From: Octopus bimaculoides | Taxonomy: Eukaryota | Reading direction: 5' to 3' | DNA: 64,000 nucleotides | Assembly: GCF_001194135.2 (NCBI RefSeq) | Contig: NC_068983.1 | Span: 31,690,050-31,754,049 of the forward strand | Shown: positions 12,801-28,724 of the stretch, piece after piece | Position numbering within the stretch: position 1 is the first letter of the stretch | Layout: each line of letters begins with the position of its first letter | Translations under genes and position numbers: made by a program | Notes under the pieces: model-generated | Told to the model about the DNA's origin: nothing | What the model saw: the letters and a program-made list of their open reading frames with translations, nothing else | The model's database searches: none

Positions 12801-13321
12801 TGTGAATGACTAAAGAGGTAGATAAAGAGTGGAGGTACAAACATCAACATTATATCCCTTCTACCTCTTCTTGTCAGTACTTTCCCCCTATTAACTTACT
12901 GTAACCATTACAGAGCTGTAAAATGGTTAACAATAGAAAATACCTACAACTGAGGGAGGCTAAACAAGACATGGCTGGGGTAAAGCAAAAAAGTGAAAAC
13001 TAGAATTAGAGTAATAAACACTTGGAGAAATTTAGTTAAGTCCATGAAATGATTGAAAATACTGAGGAACATTGTGTACACAAGAAAGGAAAACAGAAAA
13101 AACATAACAAATGAAAGAAATAATCTGCTAAAAATAACATTCAAATCTCACTCAAATTACATTCATTCTATCTTAAATAAAGTAGACATTGTACAATGTA
13201 ATCCTTGACTATAAAGATGGGATGGTCACAACTGGAATACATTTGATTATTAGATTGCTTGATCAGAGTTGACAAATGGTTAAACAACAAGAAGCAAACA
13301 ATAGTAGTAGTGTTACCATCA

Positions 13322-13444
<123 letters not shown>

Positions 13445-13532
13445 TTAAGCATACGTATGATAAATTATTAACAAGACATAAATAAATTAATGGTTATTTA
13501 ACATGGAAATATTGTACTGATACATTTTTGTA

Positions 13533-14480
13533 CAGGGACTTGCAGATAAATTGAAACCAATTTTAAGCAGTTGACTTTGTGGATTTAACATTTCATTTTT
13601 TGACAAAACCTTGCTTGCTTGAAAATCTAATCTTCCTCTTATTTTTCACATAAATAGCGAATGATTCAACAACAGAAAGTTATGGAACAACAGAATTGTT
13701 CCATCATTGTTGCTTTGGTGTACACAGAGCACACTGCCCACAAAATTGTTAAGCTGACAGAACTTCCAAAAGGAACAGTTTATTTGTGTGTATAAACAAT
13801 TTAAGGAAAAGAGAAAGATTGATAGAAAAGAACACATGACTCGAAGTGATTCCAAAAGCAATCCAAAAGCAATCCAAATTTTCTTGCTTCTCGCTAGCCG
13901 CAAATGCTTGAGTGAAGTCAACCCATCCACATCCATGACAACTCTTGCAAAAAAATGCAATGTGTCCCTTTCCACAGTGTCCAGAACTGCAAACAGGAAC
14001 CTTGGCATGACTAGCTATGTTCAGCGATGTTGTCACCTCCTAATAGCCAAGGCCAAAGCAATCAGAGCCAAGAGATGCCTAAAGCTTCTGTCATTCATCA
14101 ATCATCAAGGTGCCAAAAAAACTCATGTTTGTGGACAAGAAGTTCACAGTGGACACTGAGGTGAATCGCAAAAATTCTCAAGTGATTGTCATGGGTCAAA
14201 AGCAACACAGGCCTTCCTTGGTGAGAAGGTGTCATTTTTTGTGAGGTTCAGTAATAGCCCAGATCTCAACTTTTTCAATTACTTCTTATGGGGCATATTT
14301 CAAGTAAGGACCAATGCTTTCAACAGTTTGAAGACCTGCATTGTGTGTGTGACACACAAAATAAAAAAGGCGGAAGTTGAGGTTGTTGCAAAAAAAATTT
14401 TGTCCTCATGTGGAGGCAGTAATTTTCCAAAAGGGCAGCCATATTGAGTAATAAATGTTTTTGTTGTAATAAATGTTACA
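13533..14480 (+). mobile_element. Degenerate Tc1/mariner-superfamily element (possibly maT/DD37D-like)
   Basis: TA-cagggac... TIR-like left end; HTH relic SMTTLAKKCNVSLSTVSRT; DKKFTVD-like segment near 14135; SPDLNFFNYFLWG; right TIR not recognised. Confidence 0.75.
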
Positions 14481-17289
14481 TTCAAACTATATCTGTCTAC
14501 TACTAAGTTCAGTCTTTTATAAAAATCAGCGAGGGCTGCTTACTTCTCACTTCCAAGCTTCCATTATAATATATTAACAGGTAGTAGCTTATTGATAATA
14601 CTTCATAACTGCATACAAAATGGGTACCATAATATTCACCAGATGCAAAAACAAAACCTGTGGAGAGTAATCTCTCACACCACTGTCTATTGAGTGGCAC
14701 TACTCTAATTGAGTAATGACCATTTGATTTAAATGCCTCAAACAGTTTATGGTAGGAGGCTCAAGACATTACTAGTTTTTATGAATATTTTACTGCAATA
14801 TATTTCCATTGGACTAAACAAAATTTTGAACTGGAGATATATGTTTGAAAATATTTGCCTGTGTCTAATTAATGTAACAGTGTATTTAAGAAAAGGTAAA
14901 GGAGGAAAAAGTTAAAATGAAGTATGACATATTAAGGTGAAAGTAAAAACTATTAAGGTTAAAGAAACCTCACTTAGATAGCAAAGGAATTACAATTGAT
15001 TTTATAGTAGAGGTGTTAAAGGCAAACAATTATATGAGTGCATAAGTGTTCTTGGTAAATAGATGTGTGTTAACCCACAAAGTTATATGGTTATGTATTT
15101 TTGCAGCAGATATATCTTATTTTCTTTTTATATATTTTCTAAACAGACATTATCTTCAAACATATATTGAGTTATGTCCCTTATAATCTGACCCAGTCCT
15201 GCTTGACTGGAAGTAACTATCACCATTTCAAATCATTTCCATAAACAGTACTGTAAACTATTTTCTTCAGGATTTTTCCCCGTCTAGTGAGCCTGTTGTA
15301 TAATATAAAGTTGCATGTACAAATTATAACCTGTAAAGCACTATATCTTAATAAATATTTAGCTCTATTATATGTATACTGAGTACTGTGGTATCAACAA
15401 TCTATATATATAGTAGATTTACTCATTATCTAACTACCTTGTTTATTAACCAGACAACAACTAGACCACAGAACCACAGTTGAGTGCAGAGTGCAAACAC
15501 TGCAGTGGAAAGATCAACAACTTAACAAAAAGCACAGGTGACCTTTTTTCTGCAGCAAGTTATTACATTCAGAAATGCAAGTTAGGGAATTTAAAACACG
15601 AGGTGAACTTAATTATACATCACATAACATATGACATAATTCATTTTCTGTATTAGATAAATTTGCAATGAAAATTTGTTTTTTGTTAAGAACAAAAGTT
15701 AATGAAAACACATGATCAGGAACTGAACAATTGTAATTTTGAATTTTCTATCTACAGCATAGCTGAGTCACTTGTTCTCTCATTCATACATATGCACCTG
15801 ATAAACTCTGTCATAGACAGAATATGCTGGGATTATTTTGACAAGATTAACAAGTAGTCTGACTAATACATGGCTGAGTGGTTATTAATAGGAAGAGCAT
15901 TCAGTCATAAAATTATTCGTTCCAATTGATATAAATAACAATCCCTCTCATAAGTAGTATGGGAAAAAAGCATAACTAACTAGACATTAAGAATCACAAA
16001 CCATCAAATAAACAGCTAAACTAATTCACTTCCTGCACACAAAATAATAATTATATAACTGACTTATTAATGGTTAATTATCTAAAGTACACGAGTTCTG
16101 ATCCAAGTATTCCTTCTTTCATTCATAACATTACTGATATGAATCTGCTGAAACTCAAATAGCTTGAGTTCAAATTCATATCACATCTTCCTCTGCTTAT
16201 TTTACATTACATTTAATGAATACTAGCATCATTGTTTATAGGTTTTCAATGAATGCATCACTGTTTTACAACAATTACAATTGGAGGAGTAGGATAACAA
16301 GACAGTGTCTGTACAACTCAGTTATAACCAATACCCGAAGTTATTTTTTTCAAAATCTTCACTTTATGTGTTTTCTCAACATTGTGTACATCTTTTACAT
16401 TGATGAAAGTTACACACACACACCACCATCATCATCATCATCATGATGTTATATCTGTATTCCATACTAGCAAGGTTGCATGGATTGTCAGTCTGGAGCG
16501 CTACAGCTTGCTTATATATCCCATTTTTAACATAACTTCTACTGTTGAATACCCTTCCTAACACCAACCACTTTACAACTGTACTGGGTGCATTTTATCA
16601 CAGAGCCAACACTACAGAGACTGTCAGTCCTCAGACATACTAGAGTCCTCTCAACTCTACATTGTCACCACTCTTCACTAACTACTTGAGAGTGTACACT
16701 GAGTGCATTTTATCATAGCACCAGTACTAGAGTGGTTTCTTTGTGCCCTGTAAGACTAAAGAGTCTTCACTACTCAGTATGTTTATTCATTTAAGGTAGC
16801 ATAACCAAGCAGGCGAATTAGAGAGTAACATAAAATCAGGTGAGTGGATGAAAGAAGTGAGAATATTGCAGGAGAAATAATGATTAGAGTAAGAGGATGC
16901 TAGAGGAGGAAGAAATGGAAGAGAGTGACAGTAGCTATAGATTGCAGATTGCAACTATGTAATGTCAAAACAAGGAAACACAAATACCCTGCCCCACATT
17001 ATGTTGATTCATTCAGATTATCTCTATTTCTTTGTCTTTGATCTGTAATTGATTGCATAGTAGAGAGCTTCAATAAACAAGTTCTTTAAAATGGAGGTGT
17101 TCAAGTCCTTGATACCTAGTTACAAAAATTTGCAATTGAATTTGTCTTGAATGGACTAGAGATAATTTTGTCCATTTACTGTTTACTAATCGTTCTTATA
17201 TCTACGTTGAGCTCATAAGAAATGACAGGTTTACTAATACCAACAATTGTTGATCCTTAAACAGTCACCTGAGTGTGAGTAGTTTCATT

Positions 17290-17570
17290 AGTACCACCTG
17301 ACTGGCTCCTGTGCAGGTGGTACGTAAAAAACACCTTCTGAGTGTGGCCGCTGCCAGTACCGCCTGACTGGCCTCCATGCCGGTGGCACATAAAAGCACC
17401 CACTACACTCTCGGAGTGGTTGGCGTTAGGAAGGGCATCCAGCTGTAGAAACTCTGCCAAATCAGATTGGAGCCTGGTGTAGCCATCTGGTTCACCAGTC
17501 CTCAGTCAAATCGTCCAACCCATGCTAGCATGGAAAGCGGATGTTAAACGATGATGATGATGATGATGAC
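17290..17570 (+). mobile_element. Young RTE 3' tail copy
   Basis: aaagcacccactacactctcggagtgg...gttaaacgatgatgat tail, CpGs largely retained. Confidence 0.87.
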
Positions 17571-18567
17571 ACACACTCAACAAGCTGCTGTACAATTTCT
17601 GCCAACCATATTCTATTTAGAAGTCTCAGGTCAACCAGAGGTTGTGACTGGAGACACTTTACCAAGGTGACTGAATCCACAAAATTTTTACAAAGCAAAC
17701 TTTTCAACAATTTTAGCAGAAATCCTAATTCTCCACTAACCTAGATGTTAGAAATAGCAATTAGACCTTGTGGAAATGTTTCCCAAGATAGAATGATGTC
17801 CTATCAAGGGGGTACTTTTTGTCATATGCTTAAATGATATGCCCAATATTAAAGTTAAGCACTAGCTATCAATAACTCCTCAGAGTTTTAGGAAAACTTT
17901 TTCCCTTCAGATTCACATTTCTTCTATGCTTTCATGAATGGGAAGATTTTAAGTAAACAATTTACTGCTGAATACACATTCCACAATTAACCCACTCAGA
18001 AAATTGAAAGTGTTAACCTGCAGGTCTGAATGAATCAACATGATGAATCTTGCATAGGATATAGGATTTAATACAATGGCTTTAGTAAAACTGCAAATTA
18101 TGACTACGTTATCAGCTTAGTGTAGCAGCTTAACATCACACTCATTGTACCATATATGTTTATTTTTATATACAACATTGGCTGTTGCAGGAGTCTCACC
18201 TTCCTACTTGTCGATCCATTGTCTGCTTCCCATATTACATTAAGTCTGTTGTCTAATTTTTAGTATGATGTCCAACAAGTCTCTTATTGTAGGTGAATAA
18301 GTATCCATGTGCAATAGAAAACGTATGTGGTCCATTTGTAGTTTGATATGTAACAAATATCACACAAGTGTGTGATAGAACAGTAAATGATTTACCAAAG
18401 ACTTGATAACAGTGATATATAAAAAAGAGAATTATGTTTACTACATACTAATAATAGTATGTAGTACAGATGACTTCTTCTGAGTGCTGTATGCTTAGAA
18501 GTCATCTACTGTCAACAACATAAATATATAATCAAGACAAAACTTACAACTTAAACAAATGGCATCA

Positions 18568-18747
<180 letters not shown>

Positions 18748-19099
18748 TTATTTGTAACATCTAAGGTTTAACAATTTACTTAAGTAAAGCAACACCACAT
18801 AGAGGTTTGGCATATTTAAAGAATAAGAATTGTGACATTGCCTTGTTCCTTAAGTATAAATTAATATAAAATGCTCTATTTCTTTTTTTTTTACATTTCA
18901 TTTTCTATGCTGACTTCAGGTAGAATGGTTATCCATACTACATAATGCAGTAAATAAGGTTTATATGTGAGAGTTATACTGAATGTAAAGTAAAAGTAGT
19001 CATCAGTGGCATAGGTCGTTCTAATTGCACAAGTTTGTAGAATAACACTCCTTCTTGTTCTTCACTGTAGGCAAATAATGGGTTCCAAACAAAAACAAC

Positions 19100-19800
19100 A
19101 TACCACCACAAAGTTCCTGACAAACAAGGTGTGCAGGTTTTCTGATATCCACAGAAGGTTACACACCATTTACAAAGATGCCATCAATGACAAGGGCAAT
19201 GTGCCTAGATTGATGAAGCTTAAAGACGAGGAAAACCAGAATTGAAGACAAATTGTGTAGTGAGAAACTATTGACTGCAAGCAATGACATGAATCACCAG
19301 TAAATTGATTCATACAGACAAATGAGTACCAATATATGAGCTTGCTGCACAACTGGACTGTGGTCACAACACATTACAGAAAACACTGGAAGACATTGGG
19401 TATCGGAAAGTGTGTACAAAGTAGGATAACTCAGCAACTTCGAAGATTTGAAAGGGAGAATGCTGGAGTTTGCTGTGATGTGCTGGGAGCATTTGAAGTC
19501 AATGAAAACACTTTTTTTTTTTATCTCTAGTGACAGGAGATAAAACACGGGTATATTTTTATGATCCGGAAAAAAAGACTTGATCCATGGACTGGCATCA
19601 TACTTCTTCTCCATGGCCTAAAGTTCAAAAGCTAATGATTGGCACAGAAAGTCATGAGGACCGTTTTGGGAGGGGACAAGGGCATAGTTATCTTAATTTT
19701 CTGGAATGTAGCTGTACTGTGAACTGTAAATAGTACATTGGGACACTCAAAAAGCTTAGAGAATCCATTAGAGGAGAAGATGGAACCATGACAATGTGTG
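19100..19800 (+). mobile_element. Mariner transposase relic, N-terminal two thirds
   Basis: Hand translation across frameshifts gives IGYRKVCTK, LVTGDKTRVYFYDPE, KVMRTV, YIGTLKKLRESIR; ends approximate. Confidence 0.75.
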
Positions 19801-21159
19801 GCCACACACATCTTTGGCACCAAATCAGCCAATCCACAAACTGGGCCAGTCAGCAGTCCACCATTCACTGCACAGTTGGGATCCAGTGCCCACTGACTTC
19901 TACTAGTTTGGTTTAATGAAGGACAGTCTTCAGGAACAATGATTTAATGACAGAGAAGAGGTGAAAGTGGTTGTAAAAAAAATGGGTACAACAGCACACA
20001 ACTTAATTTTTTCAAAGATTTGAGAATTGGGGGGGCATGGTGCAAATGCATTGCTTGTGATGGTGAATTATTCAACCAACATGTAATTTGAACAGCTTAT
20101 GTCAGTTAATAAAAGTTATACCAACTTTTGCATTAGCTTCAGAGAAAGAGAGATGTAAAGGAAATAGAAAACAAGCATGAGAGTATACAGAGAGAGAAAT
20201 GAAGTGAGAGAAAAAGGAGCAGAAATGAATGTAAGGGACAGCATAGCATGAAGAATTATTAATAACACAAAACTTCCAAGTTTTGTTTTCTCAGAAGACA
20301 TTCCTGTCCGGATATGATAGGCATTGGTAGTATTTCAGTTACAACCTTTTGCTCCTCAATTAAATACTGTCAAACTGAGAAACCAATAAATGAAATTATA
20401 TGAAGTTGCACAGCCTTCTCAAGAATCAAATCTCCCTCAAAAACTAACTTTAATAGAAGAACTAAAAATCTCAAGGCATAATGTCCCACTATAAAGACAG
20501 AGAATGATCACTGATAGAATACTAAACTTATGGGAAAAGGTCAGCATAAAACGATATGCTAGATATCTAAAGACTATGTTGGGTGGGAGTATTAGATATT
20601 TGACCCAATATATCCATTATAAAGGATGTCTAAACAACAGCAAGACATTCCACTAAAAGTCCTAAAAAACTATATTAGCTAGGCTGAAACTCACTTTATT
20701 ATATGTATATACAGGAACCAATTGCTAATTTCTCAAAACAAGTTTCTAACTAATGATGTAGAAGCTGAAAACCAGAACATTCTCATGTCCAAACTTGATA
20801 ATACTGGTTTAAACAGCAAAACTGCTGGTCATTCTTCAAAATTTAAATAAATATGGTCAGATAAGACCAACAAGACACTACAAAAGCCAGCATATTAGCT
20901 TGTAATTAAACCAAATATATTTCATTAATTTGCTTGAGCTGTATTCTTAGTGTACTAGAAATTTCAAAGTTGAAGTGCAGCCAAATATCTAATGAAGTAG
21001 GAATTGTCAAATCACATGTTAAAATTCAATCTGACCAATACTTTATGACTGAATTTGGTAGATGGAAACTATCAAAAAGCCTTTAGTGAGTACATGTGTT
21101 CGTGTGTATGTGCACATGCACACACACACACACACACATGTACATCTGTTGCCAGATGA

Positions 21160-21395
21160 CGTGGTGAGAAAGGATCTCCGGATGCTGGACGTCAGTGAGG
21201 AAATGAAAAGGGACTGGGAGATGACGTGATTTGTTGTATTTGAAAAGATGCGCCAAGGTAAGTAAAATCAGTCTTCCATACATACAGGCTTGTGGTGCCA
21301 GTGCTACATAAAAAGCACCCATGCCAGTGCTACATGCTTGCACACTCTGTTAAGTGGTTGGGATTAGAAAGGACCAATGATGATGATGATGATGA
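21160..21395 (+). mobile_element. Degenerate RTE 3' fragment
   Basis: TW.EVV.KDL...L...V relic followed by tail and (GAT)n. Confidence 0.65.
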
Positions 21396-21825
21396 TAACA
21401 TACATTGCTGAGACGTCCTCTCAGTCAATGCTGCAGAGGCTACATATTTGAAACTTCAAACCAAGAGTTGATGATGTGCAGTAGGAAAATGATAGCAGGA
21501 GGAGTTTAAACTAGGTCAGAGCCTTTTTATCATTATCAATATTATTTATTATCATAAATCAAATTACTGAAATCTTAGAAGTTTCTCCAGCCACAACCCT
21601 ATACCCAGGACTTAGTTGCAAACTAGTTCTTTGTAGGGCACAAATCAAGTCATTTGGATAAACAAGCTGAAATCCTTCACTGGACCTTTGCAAATTTATT
21701 ACCTCAATATTTGCAACTTAAGATAATACCCATCAGTTCACAATAGTGTTATCATTAGAAAAGACATCCAGCTGTAAAACCCAAATGTCTCAATAAGAGT
21801 TTTACACCTCTAAAAAAACTTCCTA

Positions 21826-22131
<306 letters not shown>

Positions 22132-22604
22132 TCATAACAGATAGCCCAGGATTAGGTCATGTGAAAAGATGCAATATTTATTGCGAGCTTATCCAGCATA
22201 TAATAGCATGATAGAATGAACACAAAATTGATGATGGCAATGGAAGTGATGATAATGATTAAAGATGGTAAATATCCCAACTAAAATAATGGCAATGTTG
22301 ATAGAGATGACAATGATAGTAACAGAGATGCCAACAATTATGAGTGGTGATGATAACACAACCAAAATAACAAGGACAAAAACAATGATGACATATGACA
22401 ATGATATACTTGTGTGCGTGTGTGTGCATCCACATGTATGCCTAAGTGTAATAACTTGTGCTACTACATCATTACATGCATGTGTGCACACGCACACATG
22501 CATATATATGACTTACACACCCTCAGTCACTTTAGTGACGATAGTACTTGTGCCATTTGGTGTGTGCGTGTGTACATATATATATATATATATATCATCA
22601 TCAT

Positions 22605-23705
22605 CATCATCATCGTTTAATACCCGCTTTCCATGCTAGCATGGGTTGGACGATTTGACTGAGGACGGGCAAGCCAGAAGGCTGCACCAGGCTCGAATCT
22701 GATCTGGCGGAGTTTCTACAGCTGGATGCCCTTCCAAACGGCAACCACTCCGAGAGTGTAGTGGGTGCTTTTACGTGCCACCAGCACAAGGGCCAGTCAC
22801 ACAGTACTGGCAACGGCCACGCTTAAAAGGTGTTCCTTTACGTGCCACCTGCATGGGAGCCAGTCCAGCGGCACTGGCAACGACCTCGCTCGAATGATTT
22901 CCTAACGTGCCACCAGCACAAGTGCTAGAAGGCAACGTTGGTAACGATTACGCTCTAATGGGGCTATTTACAGGCCACTAGCACGGAAGCCAGACAGCTG
23001 CTCTGGCAATGAACACGCTCGACAGTGCTGTTAGTGCTCCACTGGCACGGTGACCAGTCATCGAGTATGGTTCAATTTCGATTTCACTTGCCTTGCCAGG
23101 TCTTCTCACGTACTGCATATTTCCAAAGGTCCCGGTCACTGGTCATTGCCTTGGCGAGGCCTAAGGTTCGAAGGTCGTGCTTCACCACCTCATCCCAGGT
23201 CTTCCTGGGTCTACCTCTTCCACAGGTTCCCTCAACTGCTAGGGTGTGGCACTTTTTCACACAGCTATCCTCATCCATTCTCACCACATTACCATACCAG
23301 TGCAATTGTCTCTCTTGCATACCACAACTGATGCATCTTATGTCTAACTTTTCCCTCGAGGCACTTACATTGTCGAGTATGCACACTTACATTACACATC
23401 CATCAAAGCATACTGGTTTCGTTTCTTGCAAGCTTACGCATGTCCTCAGCAGTCACGGCCCATGTTTCACTGCCATGTAGCATGGCTGTTCGTACACATG
23501 CGTCATACAGTCTGCCTTTTTCTCTGAGTGAGAGGCCCTTTGTCACCAGCAGAGGTAAGAGCTTTGTAAACTTTGCCCAGGCTATTCTTATTCTAGCAGC
23601 TACACTTTCAGTGCACCCTCCCCCGTGACAAACTGGGTCACCTAGGTAGGGAAGCTATCAACTACTTCTAGTTTTTCACCCTAGAGTGTGGTAAAGGTTG
23701 TTTTC
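22605..23705 (-). mobile_element. 3' part of RTE LINE (end of ORF, modular 3' UTR, (GAT)n tail)
   Basis: LHWYGNVVRMDEDSCVKK...GTCGRGRPRKTW...MTSDRDLWKYAVREKT; same tail as the other copies. Confidence 0.92.
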
Positions 23706-23712
23706 TGCACAC

Positions 23713-23743
<31 letters not shown>

Positions 23744-23803
23744 TATATATATATGATGGGGTCTTCATTTTATGATTTAAAAAAAGAAAAACAAGATAAC
23801 TTA

Positions 23804-23926
<123 letters not shown>

Positions 23927-24551
23927 CTATAAAGAAAATGCAATGAACAATGGTTATTCAATGTATTCACAGTTGAAATTGGATCTAACCAGGCATTCTC
24001 AAATTTGTAAATACAACTCCAATTTGCTAACGTGTTAAAAACACAAACAGGAAGCACCCACAAACTCAAAACATCATGAACAAGGTTACCTACATTCTAG
24101 ATGTGTGACCTCTACATCAGAAAATAAATTAGAAACAAATACATTATTTCTAATTAATTAGAAAAACCACATAAAACATGTAAATTTGAAACACAAAAAA
24201 TTCTGTAATGTCTGATTAAAGATGAATAATTTTTCTTCCTGATTGTAATTAATATTAAGTTTCAACGAAGTCAGACAGAAAATCATTTGTTGGTTTGGTT
24301 CATCAACATGGCTCTCATTTCACATAAACTTTCTACCATAAAACAAAGGGGATTTCGTTTTCAGTATAACGTCTTTGACTAATAGGTCAGCAACTGAATA
24401 ACATACAGCTAACTCCTACATTCTGCACACTTCTTGCTACAGTTAACTTAGAGACTCAATTTGGCAGCTGAATACAAAGGAGGACAAAATTACAGTGGCA
24501 GTATCAGCAGTTCATAGTAAATAATAAATACAAATTAATTCTACTTTATTA

Positions 24552-24797
<246 letters not shown>

Positions 24798-25897
24798 TTA
24801 CAATTTAAAAGATTTTAACTTAAAATCCAGTGAATAGAAAATATTTCCAGCATAAATTTGTAACCAATGTAAGAAATCAATATTATTACTATTAATGCAG
24901 AAACATCCATTAGAAACAAGTATTAGACCATCAACTTCAAATCCTGCTAAAGTTGATAAAACAAAGTACAAAGCATTGTACGTATAGCGTAGCCCTCTTG
25001 CCTTCTCAGTTGGAAATATGTATTATAGAGTAAGAACATTTTGCTGGTTTAAGTGGTAGCAATTTTGTAAAACTTACAAATGTTTCATTATCTTGCACTG
25101 CTGAGGTCAACTCTTCCTGTGGACTACACCTTGAAGAAGTAAGAGCTGTCAAAATGACTTTGCTAGAGTTACACTACATGAAGACCAAAGCTTACAATCA
25201 TTGAAAGAAGAGTAAGAAGTGGGGTTGAAAAGAAACCACTAATTTAGATTCAGGTAAATAATGTACATTTTTTTTTTTAAGATCCAAGAGGTCAGTCAAT
25301 GTTCAAGTCTTATTTCTTTAGCACTAATCAGATGAGAGAAAGAGGCTGAGTCAATCAATAGATTTAATTTAGAAAATCATCCAAAAAAGTTTCCATATTG
25401 TCACTTGACTTGCTAGAAGCAGTAGCAAAATTCTCATACATCTACTCAGTCAGGGCTGATCTTGAACTAAACAACAGCTAAGTCAGAACAGCCTGATACC
25501 TACTCCTTTTGGTAACTAACAGATGTAAAGAAAACTGAGATAGAAAATAAAACAGAAGACAAATTTTAAATGATATGAAAAGTCAATTGCAAATAATTAA
25601 AAGATAATAGATATCATAGGACAAGCAGCATATTTTATTTTTCATTCTTTTGAAAATTCTGTATTTAATCCAATGATTAGCTAAAAAAAATTTATAGAAC
25701 AAAGGACAGATGATATAAGAAAGCTGTGTTAGCCTTGTATTATTATTATTGCAGAACAGTAACAAAGTTGCGAAAATGACAAATTGAATGTTCACCATTC
25801 CATAAAAAAGGTAATTATTTCTAATTCCCATGCTGTGTAATAAATCAATATACTCTATGAATTTCATCATTTCAATTAGCATAATATGACAACATAC

Positions 25898-26003
25898 CTT
25901 TGCAATACTGCAATAGTATCAGCACCTCATATACTTTATTAGGAGTGACAGTTATACTGGAGTCAACATACTTAATAATATTTTTGTGTCCACTGAGAGT
26001 TTT
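25898..26003 (-). CDS. AAK1: NAK kinase exon (KTLSGHKNIIKYVDSSITVTPNKVYEVLILLQYCK)
   Basis: Hand-translated; 106 bp, AG/GTATGT boundaries; phase 0 in, phase 1 out, matching both neighbours; not in the ORF track because it is short. Confidence 0.95.
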
Positions 26004-26659
26004 CTACAAATAGAAAACATAAAAAGATTAAAATTAAATCATTTTTTTAAAGTGAAGTTTAACAGATTTTAGAATAACTCCGATTAGATTATAAGTATGT
26101 TGTTAGGTTATAAGTCAATAGGTTATTATGATCCAAAATGTAAGATTATAGCAACATATATTAGTTTAAGCTAACTAGTATAGTTAGGCTATGTAGTCAG
26201 CATGTTCTTAGATTAGATTCCATATATTGTTATACAATTGCCCAAATGCTAGATTATAGCCCTTCACAATATTTACCAAGTGTGGCATATGCATTTATCC
26301 ATTTCAGCAGCCTCATTGCTTTTGTTGTGAGGACCATCGGAGATGAAAAACTACCTTACCTGGGAAACATGTAAGGGTTGGTAACAAGGAGAATATCAAA
26401 TTATAGAAAATTGTGCTTCAACATATTTCAACTAATCATGTATGTATCTCTGTCTAGGTAACTGCTTCTGCCCTCATTCCTGTTAACTCTTGCTCTCTTT
26501 CTCTTCTATTCTCTCTCTCTGGCTGGGTAACCATGAACCTCCTCTACAGCAAGACATCTATTTCTGCCTCTCTGTCACATTCTAATCTATCATTTGACAC
26601 AAGATCACCTCCTCCAATGCCCCCTTCCATCTCAAAGACTCTTTGTCTTAGAAAGTCAC

Positions 26660-26965
26660 TTGGTGTCCACACCAATGCAGGTACCACTTAAAAAGCACCC
26701 AGTCCACACTGTAAAGTGGTTGTCATTTGGAAGGGCATACAGTTGTAAAAACCATGCCAAAACTGACCTCACCTGTGCAAGTGCCATGTAAAAAACACTC
26801 AGCCCACTCTATGAGTTGGTTGGTGTCAGGAAGGGCATCCAGCCGTAAAAACCATGCCAAAAAACACTCAGAAGCATGGCGCAGGCTCCCACCCGGCCAG
26901 CTCCTGTCAAACCGTTCAGCCCATGCCAGCATGGAAGGAGGACATTAAATGAGGATGATGATGTA
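26660..26965 (+). mobile_element. RTE-type tail copy
   Basis: aaaagcacc...gaagggcatccagccgtaaaaaccatgcc...catgccagcatgga...gatgatgatg. Confidence 0.75.
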
Positions 26966-27185
26966 TGCATGCAAAAACATGCAAAAATGATTATGATAAT
27001 GATATATGTAACATATTAATTACATTTTTTCTACTATTATCAATAACTGGATGCCTTTCATAATGCCAACTGTCATATTGGATTCATTTCAGTTTAGCTT
27101 TGTCTTTCCAAACTTAAAGCCATCTCCATTATTGCAGGTTTTCCAACCCACTCACCTCATCTAACCCTTAATATATTACTCTGTT

Positions 27186-27570
27186 ACTCTTTTATTCTTT
27201 TACTTGTTTCAGTCATTTGACTGCAGCCATGCTGGAGCACCACCTTTAGTCGAGCAAATCGACCCCAGGACTTATTCTTTGTAAGCCTAGTATTTATTCT
27301 ATTGGTCTCTTTTGCCGAACCGTTAAGTTACGGGGACGTAAACACACCAACATTGGTTGTCAACATTGCTTGAAAACCAATGTTGGAGGGACAAACACAA
27401 ACACACACATACATATAGACGGGCTTCTTTCAGTTTCTGTCTACCAAATCCACTCACAAGGCTTTGGTCGGCCCGAGGCTATAGTAGAAGACATTTGCCC
27501 GAGGTGCCACGCAGTGGGACTGAACCCGGAACCATGTGGTTGGTAAGGAAGCTACTTTACCACACAACCA
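27186..27570 (-). mobile_element. Second tRNA-headed SINE family, about 385 bp, near full length
   Basis: Head gtggtaaagtagc...ccgggttcagtccc followed by ggcacctcgggcaaatgtc (CORE-like, recalled and unverified); degenerate relatives at about 9636-9790, 27740-27880 and 28175-28340. Confidence 0.75.
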
Positions 27571-28036
27571 CGAACATTTGAAAATTCCCAATGTCATATA
27601 CCTAATTTACTTTCTGCATTTTTAATATAGACATTTACAACCACCCTCAAGTAAATAGCTTTGTAATCTTCTCAGGTAAATTTGAGCATTAAAAAATGGG
27701 TAATAGAGAGAAAAAAAATTCACCAAAGGTAAGATGCAGGCATGGCTGTACAATAAAGAAATTTGCTTCAAAATGAAGTGGTTTAGACTTCATTCCCACT
27801 GAATGAATGCTGTCAGCTGGTGTTTTCTACTGAAGATGCAAATTAACCAAAATCTTGTTGGTGAAATTTGGTAGACATGGCCAGCCATGAGCTGCTCGTT
27901 ATTCATAGGTGTGGGAGAAATAATACCTTACTTGGAGAAAAGCGAGAGTTGACAACAAAAAGAGCATCTGACTACATAAAAATATGACTAATCCAAGCAT
28001 GAAAAAGTGGACATTAAAATGGTGGTGATGCACATA

Positions 28037-28110
28037 CAAGGGGGTACCCAAAAGAAACTAGAAACATTCTCTGTGTGTGGGACAAACCTGTTGTAGTTAA
28101 GGCTTCTACA
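28037..28110. mobile_element. Solo mariner-type terminal fragment
   Basis: TA-caagggggtacccaaaag resembles the TIR at 51020; no partner end seen. Confidence 0.4.
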
Positions 28111-28627
28111 GTTAGAAGCCACTTGATGTGACCCCCACTACTGCTTAATGATGTACCCCCACTATTGTTTGACAACTGATGTTGCTGTGTTTACCTTCCT
28201 CTAACTTAGCGGTTTGGTAAAAGACACTGACATAATGAGTACTAGGCTTACAAGGAATAAATCCTGTGGTTCATTTCTTCGACCAACGGCAGTGCTCCAC
28301 CATGGCCGCAGTCACATGACTGAAAGAAGTAAAGCAATAAAAATCTATGCCATTTTAATCCCGAGGCTGGGTATCTCTGCTAGTATGAAATATAAACTCA
28401 GCAACTTAAAGCTGGTGTGCAGTGCAGGATCAAATGTTGTGATCTACTATCAAAGCCCAATATCCTCTATGCTCATGTTATATTATTCTTATATTAATCT
28501 CATGTAAAGAAAAGTTCCACATCAGTATCCAGCCCTGGAAGATACCCCACTGTAGGATAACATGTGGTGGCCAAATAACAGCATAAGAGCTTTTAAGTGC
28601 ACATTATTAGGTTTTTACCCAAATTAT

Positions 28628-28633
<6 letters not shown>

Positions 28634-28724
<91 letters not shown>
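28634..28724. repeat. (TA)n(CA)n compound microsatellite
   Basis: Direct reading. Confidence 0.9.

Noticed and set aside
22189-22639. ORFs 22189-22503, 22265-22639 and 22414-22620
   Set aside because: Derived from degenerate (GAT/AAT) and (TG/CA) microsatellites
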